NCBI GenBank assembly: GCA_038061755.1
Contig: JBBTYN010000002.1
Location: 79,312-143,311 of the forward strand
Direction: 5' to 3'
DNA from: Patescibacteria group bacterium
GTDB lineage: Bacteria > Patescibacteriota > Minisyncoccia > Phycocordibacterales > UBA9973
Length of the DNA stretch: 64,000 nucleotides
The position numbers and the translations under genes are program-made. The notes beneath the pieces were generated by a model. That model had not been told where the DNA came from and ran no database searches. It worked only from the letters and a program-made list of their open reading frames with translations. This document shows positions 39,366 to 49,448 of the stretch, in pieces (within the stretch, counting starts at the first letter, position 1; the number at the start of each line of letters is the position of its first letter).

Positions 39366-40712
39366 ATGTCAAAAAGAAACTTTATACTTTTAATAATAAT
39401 CATAGTTATCGCATTAATTGCAATTTTTGGATATTTTTATTTTAACCAAGGAACAAATACACCAGGAGGAGATGACACAGGTACAAACTTTATTTCACAA
39501 TTTTATCCATTTAGAAATAACAACAATGCAACAAAACCTACCACCACAACGCCTCCCATTGATGTCTCAGACTACCAGCCACCAATGGATGTAGTAACTG
39601 TAAAATTAAAAAAAGTTTCAAGCATGCCTATTGCAGGCTTTACTGTATTTTCTAAAGAAAGGTTAAAAGATGTGCCCATAGTAACACCGGTCTTAGAAAC
39701 CGATGCCACTACCGAAAATCCTGCTCCTAAGATAACCAAGCCGACTCCACCACTAACCGAATTTATGCCAGCCTTGAGGTATGTGGAAAGAACTACGGGA
39801 AATATTTACCAGACTTTTGCAGATAAAATAGAAGAAAGAAAATTTTCCACGACTATTATTCCTATGGTTTATGAAGCATTTTTTGGAAACAAGGGAAATT
39901 CTGTAGTTATGAGATATTTAAAGGGAGATGCTAAAACTATTATAACTTTTGTTGGGACTCTACCAAAAGAATTTCTTGGCGCAGACACCACTGACAATAA
40001 TGAAATAAAAGGAACGTTCCTTCCAGAAGACACAGAAGATGTAAGCCTATCAAGCGATAATCTTACTCTATTTTATCTTTTCAACTCTGGAGACAATATA
40101 ATTGGCACAACTTTAAATTTAGTAAATAATAAAAAAGTTCAAGTTTTTGATTCACCATTTACTGAGTGGTTATCATTATTCCCAAATAATAAAATGATTA
40201 CTTTTACCACCAAACCTTCGTTTCTAATACCTGGATATATGTATGCGCTAAATCCTACTAATAAAAATTACAATTTCCATGAAATCTTAGGCAATATAAA
40301 CGGGCTTACCACTCTCACCAGCTCTGATGGAAAATTAGTTCTTTATAGTAATGATAATTTATCACTCAACATTTATCACATAAATACAAAAGTTTCTGAT
40401 GCCCTAGTTGTAAAAACATTAGCAGAAAAATGTGTTTGGAATAAAAATAGTGATGCTATTTATTGCGGAGTACCAAAATCTATATCTGGCACTCAATATC
40501 CAGATAGTTGGTATCAAGGAGAAGTTTCTTTTTCAGACCAAATTTGGAAAATAGATATTAAAACTAAAAATGCAACAATGATTGCAGATCCAGCCACTAT
40601 GGTTGGCGGGGAAGATATCGATAGCATAAAACTTGCGCTAGATGATGGAGAAAACTATTTATTTTTTGTAAATAAAAAAGATTCTTTCCTTTGGGAACTT
40701 GAGCTTAAATAA
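39366..40712 (+). CDS. Membrane-anchored beta-propeller-like hypothetical protein
   Basis: N-terminal TM, KCVW, YCGVP, PDSWYQG motifs. Confidence 0.75.
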   Translation: MSKRNFILLIIIIVIALIAIFGYFYFNQGTNTPGGDDTGTNFISQFYPFRNNNNATKPTTTTPPIDVSDYQPPMDVVTVKLKKVSSMPIAGFTVFSKERLKDVPIVTPVLETDATTENPAPKITKPTPPLTEFMPALRYVERTTGNIYQTFADKIEERKFSTTIIPMVYEAFFGNKGNSVVMRYLKGDAKTIITFVGTLPKEFLGADTTDNNEIKGTFLPEDTEDVSLSSDNLTLFYLFNSGDNIIGTTLNLVNNKKVQVFDSPFTEWLSLFPNNKMITFTTKPSFLIPGYMYALNPTNKNYNFHEILGNINGLTTLTSSDGKLVLYSNDNLSLNIYHINTKVSDALVVKTLAEKCVWNKNSDAIYCGVPKSISGTQYPDSWYQGEVSFSDQIWKIDIKTKNATMIADPATMVGGEDIDSIKLALDDGENYLFFVNKKDSFLWELELK

Positions 40713-41199
40713 CTCCCACGTATTTAATAACAACTCGACGATCACGCCCGATGCCTACAGATTCAGTCTTTAGGTCACTTGATTCAGACAAAAATTCATG
40801 AATAATTCTTCGCTCAAAAGAGGACATTGGATCAACTTCTATATTAGACTTAAAATACCTAGCTCTTTCTGACATCATATGAGCTACTGCGCGAATATTT
40901 TCAACATGTTTTTTTTGAAAACCATTTATATCAATAATAATTGCTGTCCCAAAGCAAGGCTTAGGGGATTCCCCTAAGCCTTGCTTTGGGGTTGTTTTTG
41001 ATTCTATAATCCTATGAGCAAGGTAGTTTAATGCGTGCAAGCCATCACCATCGTGTCCAATAAAAAAATGCGGCTCACTAACTTCCACAGAAACCCATAT
41101 ATTTTTAGGTTCATCATCAATAATTGAAATTTTATTTAATTTTACTGTAGTTTTTTCAATTAATTCTTTTATTAAATTTTGAATTTCTTCTTTTTCCAT
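40705..41199 (-). CDS. jag: Jag/KhpB-like KH-R3H protein
   Basis: IGHDGDGLHAL, PMSSFERRIIH; downstream of yidC. Confidence 0.88.
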   Translation of the reverse strand: MEKEEIQNLIKELIEKTTVKLNKISIIDDEPKNIWVSVEVSEPHFFIGHDGDGLHALNYLAHRIIESKTTPKQGLGESPKPCFGTAIIIDINGFQKKHVENIRAVAHMMSERARYFKSNIEVDPMSSFERRIIHEFLSESSDLKTESVGIGRDRRVVIKYVGVI

Positions 41200-41200
41200 A

Positions 41201-41929
41201 TTATTTAATTACAATCTTGAAATTTTTTTCTCTTTTAACATAAATCTGTTGCACAACCATAAAAAGATTACTGGTAATCCAGTAAAGTGCTACTGCTCCA
41301 GAAATACTATAAGCGATAAAAGCAATAACAAATGGAAAAACATATTTCATTTGCGTACTCATACTTTTAGTAAAAGATTCTTGAAAAGAGCCCTTGTTAC
41401 TTGAAGTAGAAATGGACGGTTGTGGCATATAATAAGCCTGCAAATATTGGGAAACGCCAGCTAAGACCGCTAAAAGCCAACTTTTTTGTGTTATATCAAG
41501 AACTCCCAAGAAAATCATATTTATCTTCTCAGGAATATTAACAAAAGAATATAACAACCCGCTTTCAAAATTTAAACCTTTAAAAAATACATAATATAAA
41601 GCAAAAATAACCGGAATCTGAATTAAAACCAAAAGACATCCTGAAAAAGGATTAGTGTTATGTTTTTTATATAATTCAAATGTTTGTTTGGCTTGTTCTT
41701 CTTTCGAAGCTCCACTTGCTTTTATTTTGTTAATCTCAGGATTTAAAATATTCATCTCTACCTGACTTTCAATTGATTTTTGAGACAAAGGAAAAAGAAT
41801 AATTTTAACAAGAATAGTAAGAATAATAACTGCAACACCAACATCTCCACCAGGGACAATTGACACCAAAAAAGCTAGCGCGTTTAATAATGGCTGATAT
41901 AAAATAGTATTCCATATATTTGTAAGCAT
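41201..41929 (-). CDS. yidC: Membrane protein insertase YidC
   Basis: NPFSGCL..LIQIP, ALYWITSN motifs. Confidence 0.93.
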   Translation of the reverse strand: MLTNIWNTILYQPLLNALAFLVSIVPGGDVGVAVIILTILVKIILFPLSQKSIESQVEMNILNPEINKIKASGASKEEQAKQTFELYKKHNTNPFSGCLLVLIQIPVIFALYYVFFKGLNFESGLLYSFVNIPEKINMIFLGVLDITQKSWLLAVLAGVSQYLQAYYMPQPSISTSSNKGSFQESFTKSMSTQMKYVFPFVIAFIAYSISGAVALYWITSNLFMVVQQIYVKREKNFKIVIK

Positions 41930-41959
41930 TCTCTCATTCTATACGAAAATACTTAAAAA

Positions 41960-42175
41960 TCAAATAACTGGATCAATATGATTCTTTTGCCAAGGATGGC
42001 AACGTAAAATACGAAAAAAACCTAGGTAAATTCCTTTTAATACTCCGTACTTTTCTATGGCTTGTTTTGTGTATTCTGAACAAGTAGGATAAAAAACGCA
42101 ACTAGGTTTTGTAAAAATAGAAATATATTTTTGATAAAAATTAATTAATTTTTGAAAGTATATTTTTAATTTCAT
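41960..42175 (-). CDS. yidD: Membrane protein insertion efficiency factor YidD
   Basis: CVFYPTCSEY, RILRCHP motifs. Confidence 0.93.
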   Translation of the reverse strand: MKLKIYFQKLINFYQKYISIFTKPSCVFYPTCSEYTKQAIEKYGVLKGIYLGFFRILRCHPWQKNHIDPVI

Positions 42176-42464
42176 TTTCAATTATTGAAATATCTTCCTG
42201 ATATTTTTTAAAAACAAAAACACCTACAAGTCCAGAAGGGAATTGCTCTATATATTTCTTCAAAGCAGAATACCCACGTCTTCTGAGTAAATTTCTCTTT
42301 ACTACAAGCTTAACTACACCCTTAGGAGCTATAAAAGAAATTTTTACTATTTTAGTGTGATTTTTAAAATATTTAAAAGTAAAATTAGAAGAAATAATAA
42401 CTTTCCCTTGTTTAAAGATCAAATCTACTTCTTTTTTACTAGCTCTATTCTTTTTAGGTAGCAT
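42141..42464 (-). CDS. rnpA: Ribonuclease P protein component
   Basis: MLPKKNR, VKRNLLRRR; located between rpmH and yidD. Confidence 0.88.
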   Translation of the reverse strand: MLPKKNRASKKEVDLIFKQGKVIISSNFTFKYFKNHTKIVKISFIAPKGVVKLVVKRNLLRRRGYSALKKYIEQFPSGLVGVFVFKKYQEDISIIENEIKNILSKIN

Positions 42465-42469
42465 GATAG

Positions 42470-42604
42470 CTATACAGACAATTTTTTTCTGCCTTTTTGA
42501 CGCCTTCTTTTTAGAACTTCCTTTCCAGTTTTTATTCTAGATCTAACTAAAAATCCATGGGCTCTTGCTCTTTTTCTCTTTTTGGGTTGATATGTAACTG
42601 ACAT
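42470..42604 (-). CDS. rpmH: 50S ribosomal protein L34
   Basis: Not in the ORF track. Manual translation [44 protein letters not shown]. Confidence 0.96.
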   Translation of the reverse strand: MSVTYQPKKRKRARAHGFLVRSRIKTGKEVLKRRRQKGRKKLSV

Positions 42605-42724
42605 AATTAGAGTTTACAATATTATTAAGAATAAATCAAATTTAATTTTTATCCACAGCTTATCAACAGAGTTAATAAGCTTTTTAAAGTATCTTCTAAT
42701 TTATAAATAGTATAATATGAGATC
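42605..42724. promoter_or_regulatory. oriC region upstream of dnaA with DnaA boxes
   Basis: TTATCCACA 42649-42657, TTATCAACA 42660-42668; rpmH-dnaA divergent arrangement. Confidence 0.75.
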
Positions 42725-44068
42725 ATGGATATAAATACAAAACAGTTGTGGAAAAATTGTTTGCTAAAAATTGAATCTGGTATGTCTAAGGCAAATTTTA
42801 GCACATGGTTTAGAAACACGTCTATTGCAAAAGAAGAAAATGGGGTTATTTATATAGGGGTGCCAAATGAATTTGTCCGTGATTGGCTTATAAATAAATA
42901 TCATAAACTTATAACTAAAACCATAGCAGAAAATTATGAAAATATGCGCGCTGTAGAATATATAATTATAAAAATAGAAAACCCTAAACAAGAAATAATA
43001 ATAAACGAAACCATAGAAAAAGAGCTACCCTTAAGAGATTTATACATAAACCCGGAAAACAATTTGAACCCACGTTACCATTTTAATTCTTTTATTGTTG
43101 GAACTTTTAATGAACTCGCATACGCAGCATCACAGGCAATAATAGAATCACCAGGAACAAAATATAATCCATTTTTTATTTATGGAGGTACCGGTCTTGG
43201 AAAGACTCATCTAATTCAAGCTGTAGGAAATTCAATAAAAGATAAGTATCCTGATAAAAAAGTGCATTATATGACTTTAGAAAAGTTCGCAACAGATTTT
43301 ATAAACTCTCTTCAAGGGAATAAAGCAAATTCTTTTAAAGAAAAATATCGCAAATATGATCTTTTAATTATAGATGATATTCAATTTATTGGTAAAATGG
43401 AAAAAATTCAAGAAGAACTTTTTCATACATTTAATACTTTTTATGAAAATAATAAACAAATTATTTTTTCTTCCGACAAACACCCTAATTATATTCCAGA
43501 ATTAGCAGATCGTTTAAAATCCCGCTTTGCCGCAGGAATGATTGTGGATGTTACTGAACCAGAATATGAATCTCGTCTCGCAATTATAAAAGTAAGGCTT
43601 CGTGAACTTAATATTGTTTTAGAAGAGGATTTAATTGAATATGTTGCAACATCTATACAAGGAAATATTCGTGAACTTGAAGGAAGTTTAAATCTTATTA
43701 TTTGCCAATATCGCCTTAAAAACAAAGCCCCAACACTCACAGAAGTTAAAAACCTACTAAAAAACAGTATGAAACCAAAAAAGAATATGGCAATAAAAGA
43801 TGTTGTAAAAATTGTGGCCGAATATTATAAATTAGAAGAAATGTCTATTTATGAAAAAACTAGAAAAAAAGAAATAGTTAAAACTAGACAAATTATAATG
43901 TATCTGCTTCGTGAAGATTTTAGTGTCTCTTATCCATTAATAGGACAAAAATTAGGTGGAAAAGACCATACAACAGTGATGCATTCATGTGTAAAAATTA
44001 AAGAAGATTTAAAAAATGACCCACAATTAATACAGGAATTAGAACAAATAAGAATTATGTTTAAATAA
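42725..44068 (+). CDS. dnaA: Chromosomal replication initiator DnaA
   Basis: YNPFFIYGGTGLGKTHL, DDIQF, NIRELEG, GGKDHTTV motifs. Confidence 0.98.
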   Translation: MDINTKQLWKNCLLKIESGMSKANFSTWFRNTSIAKEENGVIYIGVPNEFVRDWLINKYHKLITKTIAENYENMRAVEYIIIKIENPKQEIIINETIEKELPLRDLYINPENNLNPRYHFNSFIVGTFNELAYAASQAIIESPGTKYNPFFIYGGTGLGKTHLIQAVGNSIKDKYPDKKVHYMTLEKFATDFINSLQGNKANSFKEKYRKYDLLIIDDIQFIGKMEKIQEELFHTFNTFYENNKQIIFSSDKHPNYIPELADRLKSRFAAGMIVDVTEPEYESRLAIIKVRLRELNIVLEEDLIEYVATSIQGNIRELEGSLNLIICQYRLKNKAPTLTEVKNLLKNSMKPKKNMAIKDVVKIVAEYYKLEEMSIYEKTRKKEIVKTRQIIMYLLREDFSVSYPLIGQKLGGKDHTTVMHSCVKIKEDLKNDPQLIQELEQIRIMFK

Positions 44069-44213
44069 TTACAAATAATTATTAGATAGTTGTTAGACTT
44101 AAATTAAAAAATAAATTTAATAAAATACTAATATAAAACAACATAAAATGTATTTATACACTTATTAACACAACTAATATTATTAATAAATTAAATATAT
44201 AATATATAAACAT
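44069..44213. other. AT-rich dnaA-dnaN intergenic region, probable unwinding part of oriC
   Basis: Very AT-rich; degenerate boxes TTATACACT and TTATTAACA near 44154-44170. Confidence 0.55.
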
Positions 44214-45311
44214 ATGAAACTAGAATGCTCTGTGGAAAAAATTAAAAACGCTGTTTCTCAAGTGGAAAGAATTACTGGTAAAAATTTAACTTTGCCAATA
44301 TTGAATTCAATTTTATTAATTGCTTCTGGTAATTCATTAAAACTTCGATCTACAAATTTAAATCTTGGTATTGAAATTGAAATTCCAGTAAAAATGGAAA
44401 AAGAAGGAACTCTTGCTATTTCTGGTTCTATATTAAATGCTGTTTTTTTAAATATTTCTCAAAATGAGAATGTATTTTTTGAAAATATAGATGAGAATTT
44501 ATTAATTAAGACAAAAAAAAGTAAAATAAAACTAAAAAGCCAACCTTATGAAGATTTTCCAACAATACCAAAAGTTATTGGAAAAAGTTTTGAAATAGAA
44601 TCAACTAAATTAATTGATGGTATAAAAGCGGTTTATTATAGTTCTTCTGTTTCAGACATAAAACCTGAAATTTCAAGTGTTTTTATGTATACCAATGAGG
44701 ATAATCTAATTTTTGTTTCTACGGACTCTTTTAGATTGGCTGAAAAAAAGGTTAAAGTAAAGGGATTGGAGGAAATTTCAGGAATTCTTTTACCATATAA
44801 AAATATAGGAGAAATATTAAAAGTTTTTGGGGAGTTTAAGGGTATTATAAAAGTGTGTTTTAATAAAAATCAAATTTCCTTTTCTTCTGATAATGTTTAT
44901 TTAACTTCACGAATTATTGATGGAATTTTTCCAGATTATAGGCAAATTATTCCAAAAGATTTTTTGACTGATGTGGTGGTACTTAAGCAAGATTTATTAA
45001 ATGCATTAAAATTATCAAATGTTTTTTCAGATAAATTTAATCAAGTTAATTTAAAAATTTCACCAAAAGAAAAAGTCTTTGAACTTTCTTCTTCAAACAA
45101 TGATATTGGAGAAAATAAAACATATCTAGATGCTGTCCTTAAAGGAGAAATTATTGAATTAAGTTTTAATTATAAATATTTTTTAGATTGTTTTCAATCA
45201 ATCAACACTGACAGTGTTTCTATAAAACTGTCTGGAGTTTCTCGTCCAATAGTTATTTCTGCTGTTTCTGATTCATCTTTTACTTATCTTATAATGCCGA
45301 TGAATAGGTAG
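44214..45311 (+). CDS. dnaN: DNA polymerase III beta clamp
   Basis: LPIL, DFP, STDSFRL, FPDY, IMPM motifs; follows dnaA. Confidence 0.96.
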   Translation: MKLECSVEKIKNAVSQVERITGKNLTLPILNSILLIASGNSLKLRSTNLNLGIEIEIPVKMEKEGTLAISGSILNAVFLNISQNENVFFENIDENLLIKTKKSKIKLKSQPYEDFPTIPKVIGKSFEIESTKLIDGIKAVYYSSSVSDIKPEISSVFMYTNEDNLIFVSTDSFRLAEKKVKVKGLEEISGILLPYKNIGEILKVFGEFKGIIKVCFNKNQISFSSDNVYLTSRIIDGIFPDYRQIIPKDFLTDVVVLKQDLLNALKLSNVFSDKFNQVNLKISPKEKVFELSSSNNDIGENKTYLDAVLKGEIIELSFNYKYFLDCFQSINTDSVSIKLSGVSRPIVISAVSDSSFTYLIMPMNR

Positions 45312-45313
45312 TT

Positions 45314-45571
45314 ATGATTGAGATTAAAGATTTACTAGCTAGATTTAACAATATTCTTCTTTCTGAAGAAGGGAAAAAAGAAGTTATTAGAAAAACTATT
45401 TCCGAGATTATTAAAACAGAGATAAAATCTCAAGATTTTCAAATAAAAAATAATATAATTTATTTAAATATTAAACCAATTTATAAAAACGAAATTTTTA
45501 TAAAACAAGGTCAGATTCTTTTAAAGCTTGAGGAATCTTTTGGCAAAAGAACTCCTACTAGTTTATTTTAA
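45314..45571 (+). CDS. Small protein, possibly DciA/DUF721-like
   Basis: IKNNIIYL...KNEIFIKQGQIL pattern; position after dnaN. Confidence 0.5.
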   Translation: MIEIKDLLARFNNILLSEEGKKEVIRKTISEIIKTEIKSQDFQIKNNIIYLNIKPIYKNEIFIKQGQILLKLEESFGKRTPTSLF

Positions 45572-48074
45572 AAATTAAATCAGTTTCACTACTATTATAA
45601 ACTGTGTCGTAGGAAATTAATTTTAGCTCATTTTCGTTTTGTATGGTTTCTAATTCTTTTGGTATAAAAGAAAAACTAAAAGGAGATTTTATTGTTTCTA
45701 AATATATCCCATTTATAAAAATATCTATTTTTTGCAAAGGAAAAACACCAGAACTTAAAATTTTTAAGTTTATTTTTTGGTCAGGCAAATAAGTTGTTGT
45801 ATTATTTGGTTCAATAATAGAAACCCTTGGTTGGTTTAAGGAAGTGTGTACATCATCTAAGGCAGTTGGTTTTTCACTCAATGTTGTTGTGGAATATTTG
45901 TTTTTATTTTGTGCCCACCAGTTTTGCACTGGGATCTCCCAGTGATTAAATTGAGTACTATTATCTCCTTCTCCCAAAGGAGCTGGTCCTAAAATATTAT
46001 TCCGATCTACCCAATATAAAATTGAGTGCACATTTGTGATAACTTTTTCTTGCAAGGCTTCCTTGGGTGTATTAGGAGTGGATAATTTAAGAGAGATTTT
46101 ATCTATAAAAAAGTTTTCATTTCCTTGCCAAAATCCACGAAGAGCCGGTTTTATTTTAGTCGGATCAGTTTCTAAATCTGGTTTTTCGAAACTTTCAGAA
46201 GGGATTGTTTTTAATGCTTCAGTTATAAATTTATTCCAAATCGGTCCCGCTACCGCCGCCCCTCCTTTTTTCATTGGTTTATTGTCATTATTGCCAGCCC
46301 AGACACCTACGACGAGAGAGGGAGAATACCCAATAGTCCAAGCATCCTTATTATTATTTGTGGTTCCTGTCTTTACTGCGACATCTTTATTTGGGATATA
46401 AAGAACTGAATGCGATCCAAAAGTTGGCACCCGAGCTTTTTCGTCGGAGAGAATGTCTGAAATAGTTAAGGCTGTATTTTTAGGTAAAACTTTCTGCGAA
46501 TTAGGTTGATATTGTTCTAAAATTTTTCCAGTTAAATCTTGCACTTCTAAAATTCCAGTATATGAATTTTTTATGCCATTGTTTGCAAAAACTCCATAAG
46601 CTGACGTTATATCTAAAAGTGAAACTTCTCCACCTCCAATAACAAGAGTAAGCCCATAACGAGCAATATCTTTTAAGGTGCTAATTCCAACATCCTCGGC
46701 TGTTTTTAATGAGTCGGGAAGTCCCGCTAGGTAAAAAAGTTTTACCGCTATAATGTTGATTGATTGGGCTAAAGCATCCCGAAGACTTATTGGTCCACGA
46801 AATTTTCCATCATAATTGTCCGGCATATAACAATCTTCTTGATTATGTCCAGAGAGAGCCTTTCCGTAAGGGTCGCAGGTTGTCTGGAATTCTGTAGGTA
46901 GGTCAAAGAGCACAGTGTCTGGAGTAAAGCCCTTATTGAAGGCTGTAGCGTAAATAAAAGGCTTAAAAGATGACCCTGGTTGCCGAGTGGCCGTCGTTAT
47001 ATTGAAATTACCGTCAATTGTTTTATCAAAATAATCCCTTGATCCTACCATTGTTAAAATTTGTCCTGTTTTTGGATCTATGGCTACCAATCCTGCATTG
47101 CTTCCATCCCAATCTTTTTCATTTTTAAGTGCACCATCTTTTACAATTTGTTCTGCTTTATCTTGCAGGTCTGTATCTAAGGTAGTGGTAACTTTTAACC
47201 CACCAATTTTTACCATTTCATTTCCATATTTTTGTTCCAGATAATCTTTAATCCAAAAAACAAAATGTGGCGCCCTAATCCCGAGGATTGCTTGTGGGAC
47301 AAAAACAACTACTTCACTTTTAGCTTTATCATATTCTTCTTTAGTAATAAATTTAAGTTGGAGCATTCTTGAAAGCACTAAATTTTTTCTAGCCTCCAAC
47401 TTATCTTTGTTTTTACCATAAGGCGAAAGAGTCGTTGGAGATTGTGGAATAGATGCCAAGTATGCGGCCTCCGCTAATGTTAAATCAATCGCATCTTTAT
47501 TAAAATAAGTTTTACTTGCAGTTTCTATGCCGTAAACATTCCCCCCATAGGGAATTTCATTTAAATAAGCTTCCAGAATCTTATCTTTTGGCATAGAATT
47601 GTCTATCTTAATTGCCAAAACCCACTCTTTTATTTTTCTAATATAACTTCTATTTGTCGTTAAGAGAGTATTTTTAACCAATTGCTGAGTTATAGTTGAT
47701 CCGCCACCCCCTATTCCAATGTGAAATATATTAGAGAAAAGAGCCCGAATTGTGGAAGTTACCTTAACTCCACTATGAGTGTAAAATTCAGCGTCTTCAA
47801 TAGCAACTGTCGCATTTTTTATGTTTGAACTCATCTGTTCAAATGATACATTGGTTCTTTTTATATCTTGATGGATATCATAAAGTAAAATTTTCCCTGT
47901 GCGGTCATATATCTGAGTAGAGTTCGAAACTTTTCTATCTTCAAATGAATGAAAATCCGGAATTTTTAAAGAAGATAGTAGAATAACAAGGATACTGGTC
48001 GCAAAAATAAAAAGACTAGCACTAAGTAGCAAAATATTTTTAAATAATTTATTTTTTGTGTTGGATTTTTTCAT
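45558..48074 (-). CDS. Class A penicillin-binding protein (PBP1A family)
   Basis: IED..FY.H, GGSTITQQL, RQPGSSFKP, SIN, KTGT motifs; start moved to MKKSNTK. Confidence 0.95.
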   Translation of the reverse strand: MKKSNTKNKLFKNILLLSASLFIFATSILVILLSSLKIPDFHSFEDRKVSNSTQIYDRTGKILLYDIHQDIKRTNVSFEQMSSNIKNATVAIEDAEFYTHSGVKVTSTIRALFSNIFHIGIGGGGSTITQQLVKNTLLTTNRSYIRKIKEWVLAIKIDNSMPKDKILEAYLNEIPYGGNVYGIETASKTYFNKDAIDLTLAEAAYLASIPQSPTTLSPYGKNKDKLEARKNLVLSRMLQLKFITKEEYDKAKSEVVVFVPQAILGIRAPHFVFWIKDYLEQKYGNEMVKIGGLKVTTTLDTDLQDKAEQIVKDGALKNEKDWDGSNAGLVAIDPKTGQILTMVGSRDYFDKTIDGNFNITTATRQPGSSFKPFIYATAFNKGFTPDTVLFDLPTEFQTTCDPYGKALSGHNQEDCYMPDNYDGKFRGPISLRDALAQSINIIAVKLFYLAGLPDSLKTAEDVGISTLKDIARYGLTLVIGGGEVSLLDITSAYGVFANNGIKNSYTGILEVQDLTGKILEQYQPNSQKVLPKNTALTISDILSDEKARVPTFGSHSVLYIPNKDVAVKTGTTNNNKDAWTIGYSPSLVVGVWAGNNDNKPMKKGGAAVAGPIWNKFITEALKTIPSESFEKPDLETDPTKIKPALRGFWQGNENFFIDKISLKLSTPNTPKEALQEKVITNVHSILYWVDRNNILGPAPLGEGDNSTQFNHWEIPVQNWWAQNKNKYSTTTLSEKPTALDDVHTSLNQPRVSIIEPNNTTTYLPDQKINLKILSSGVFPLQKIDIFINGIYLETIKSPFSFSFIPKELETIQNENELKLISYDTVYNSSETDLIFKIN

Positions 48075-48114
48075 TACTTTAATCATAGCAGAAAATGTGG
48101 TAGAATCCAGAAAT

Positions 48115-49287
48115 ATGAAGATTATTACCGATGAGAAGAAAATAGACGATATCTTAAACATCGGAACAGAAGATGTTTTTGTAAAAGAAAATTTAAAAAA
48201 GAAATTACTCTCTGGCAAAGTTCTTCGTGTTAAGTTTGGTATTGATCCTACTGGTCCTAAAATACACTTAGGAAGAGCGATACCGCTTCGAAAATTGCGC
48301 CAATTCCAAGACTTAGGGCATAAGGTTGTTTTAATTGTTGGTGATTTTACTGCAACTATTGGTGATCCATCAGACAAACTAGAAAAACGCCCGATGCTTA
48401 CAACTAAAGATATAAAGAAAAATATGAAAGATTACAAGAACCAAATTAGTAAGTTAATTGATTTAAAAAAAGCAGAATTTGTTTATAATAGTAAATGGCT
48501 GGAAAAATTGAATGCCAGAAAAATTTCTGAATTAGCTGAGAGTTTTTCTGTTCAACAAATGTCTAATAGGAGAAATTTTAAAGATAGAATAGAAAAAGAA
48601 GAAGAAGTGTCTCTGCGAGAGTTTCTATATCCTCTTTTTCAGGGATATGATAGCGTGGCAGTAAAAGCAGATGTTGAGATAGGAGGTTTCGACCAATTAT
48701 TTAACTTAAAAGCAGGTAGAATCATTCAGAAACATTATAAAATGCCTGAGCAGGAAGTTTTAACAGTGCAGATGCTTGAGGGAACAGATGGTAGAAAAAT
48801 GTCTACTTCTTGGGGAAATGTGATTACTATTGTAGATGAGCCTAATGATATGTTTGGTAAGATTATGTCTATTAAAGATGAATTAATTACAAAATATTTT
48901 TTACTTTGTACTAATGTTAAAGAAGAAATTTTTAAAGCAGAAAATCCAAAGGACGCTAAAATGCGTCTAGCGCATGAAATTGTGAGAATTTATCATGGTG
49001 ATAAAAAAGCCAAAGAAGCTGAGGAGAATTTCATAAATACTTTTTCAAAAAAAGAAATTCCAGAAGAGATGACAGAAATAAAAGGGAATTTAGGAGAATT
49101 ATTAAGTGAGGTTTTAGTGAAAAATAAAATTTTAACTTCAAAGGGAGAATGGAGACGACTTGTAGAGGGAAACGCAATCCACGATTTAGATAAACATAAG
49201 AACATAATAGATCAAAATATAAAAATCTTAGAAAACTTAACACTTAAAATTGGGAAGAAAAGATTTGTTAAAATAATCATAAAATAA
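48115..49287 (+). CDS. tyrS: Tyrosine--tRNA ligase
   Basis: GIDPTG, HLGR, QGYDS, GGFDQLFN, KMSTS motifs; S4 tail. Confidence 0.96.
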   Translation: MKIITDEKKIDDILNIGTEDVFVKENLKKKLLSGKVLRVKFGIDPTGPKIHLGRAIPLRKLRQFQDLGHKVVLIVGDFTATIGDPSDKLEKRPMLTTKDIKKNMKDYKNQISKLIDLKKAEFVYNSKWLEKLNARKISELAESFSVQQMSNRRNFKDRIEKEEEVSLREFLYPLFQGYDSVAVKADVEIGGFDQLFNLKAGRIIQKHYKMPEQEVLTVQMLEGTDGRKMSTSWGNVITIVDEPNDMFGKIMSIKDELITKYFLLCTNVKEEIFKAENPKDAKMRLAHEIVRIYHGDKKAKEAEENFINTFSKKEIPEEMTEIKGNLGELLSEVLVKNKILTSKGEWRRLVEGNAIHDLDKHKNIIDQNIKILENLTLKIGKKRFVKIIIK

Positions 49288-49320
49288 AAACACACAGGGT
49301 TCCCTTGTGTGTTTTTATTT
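49282..49320. terminator. Bidirectional terminator after tyrS
   Basis: AAATAAAAACACACA-loop-TGTGTGTTTTTATTT. Confidence 0.75.
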
Positions 49321-49448
49321 TAGCTGTCCCTGTCTGGGTCTTCTTCGTCTAAATTAAAGTCATTTATCTCATCTAGCATATCTAACGGTTCATCTTCATC
49401 AACTCCCATTTTAAAACTATCTTTTGTTTCTTCATCTTCATCGTACAT
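49320..49448 (-). CDS. Small very acidic protein (42 aa)
   Basis: Not in the ORF track. MYDEDEETKDSFKMGVDEDEPLDMLDEINDFNLDEEDPDRDS; ends at the terminator. Confidence 0.6.
   Translation of the reverse strand: MYDEDEETKDSFKMGVDEDEPLDMLDEINDFNLDEEDPDRDS

Noticed and set aside
27960-40712. Integrative conjugative element or prophage
   Set aside because: No integrase, relaxase, att repeats or phage genes; the cluster is embedded among core genes.
48075-48377. Long antisense overlap of PBP1A and tyrS suggested by the ORF track
   Set aside because: Artefact of longest-ORF start choice; plausible starts at 48074 and 48115 give a normal divergent pair. The same applies to polA/pilB and clpP.
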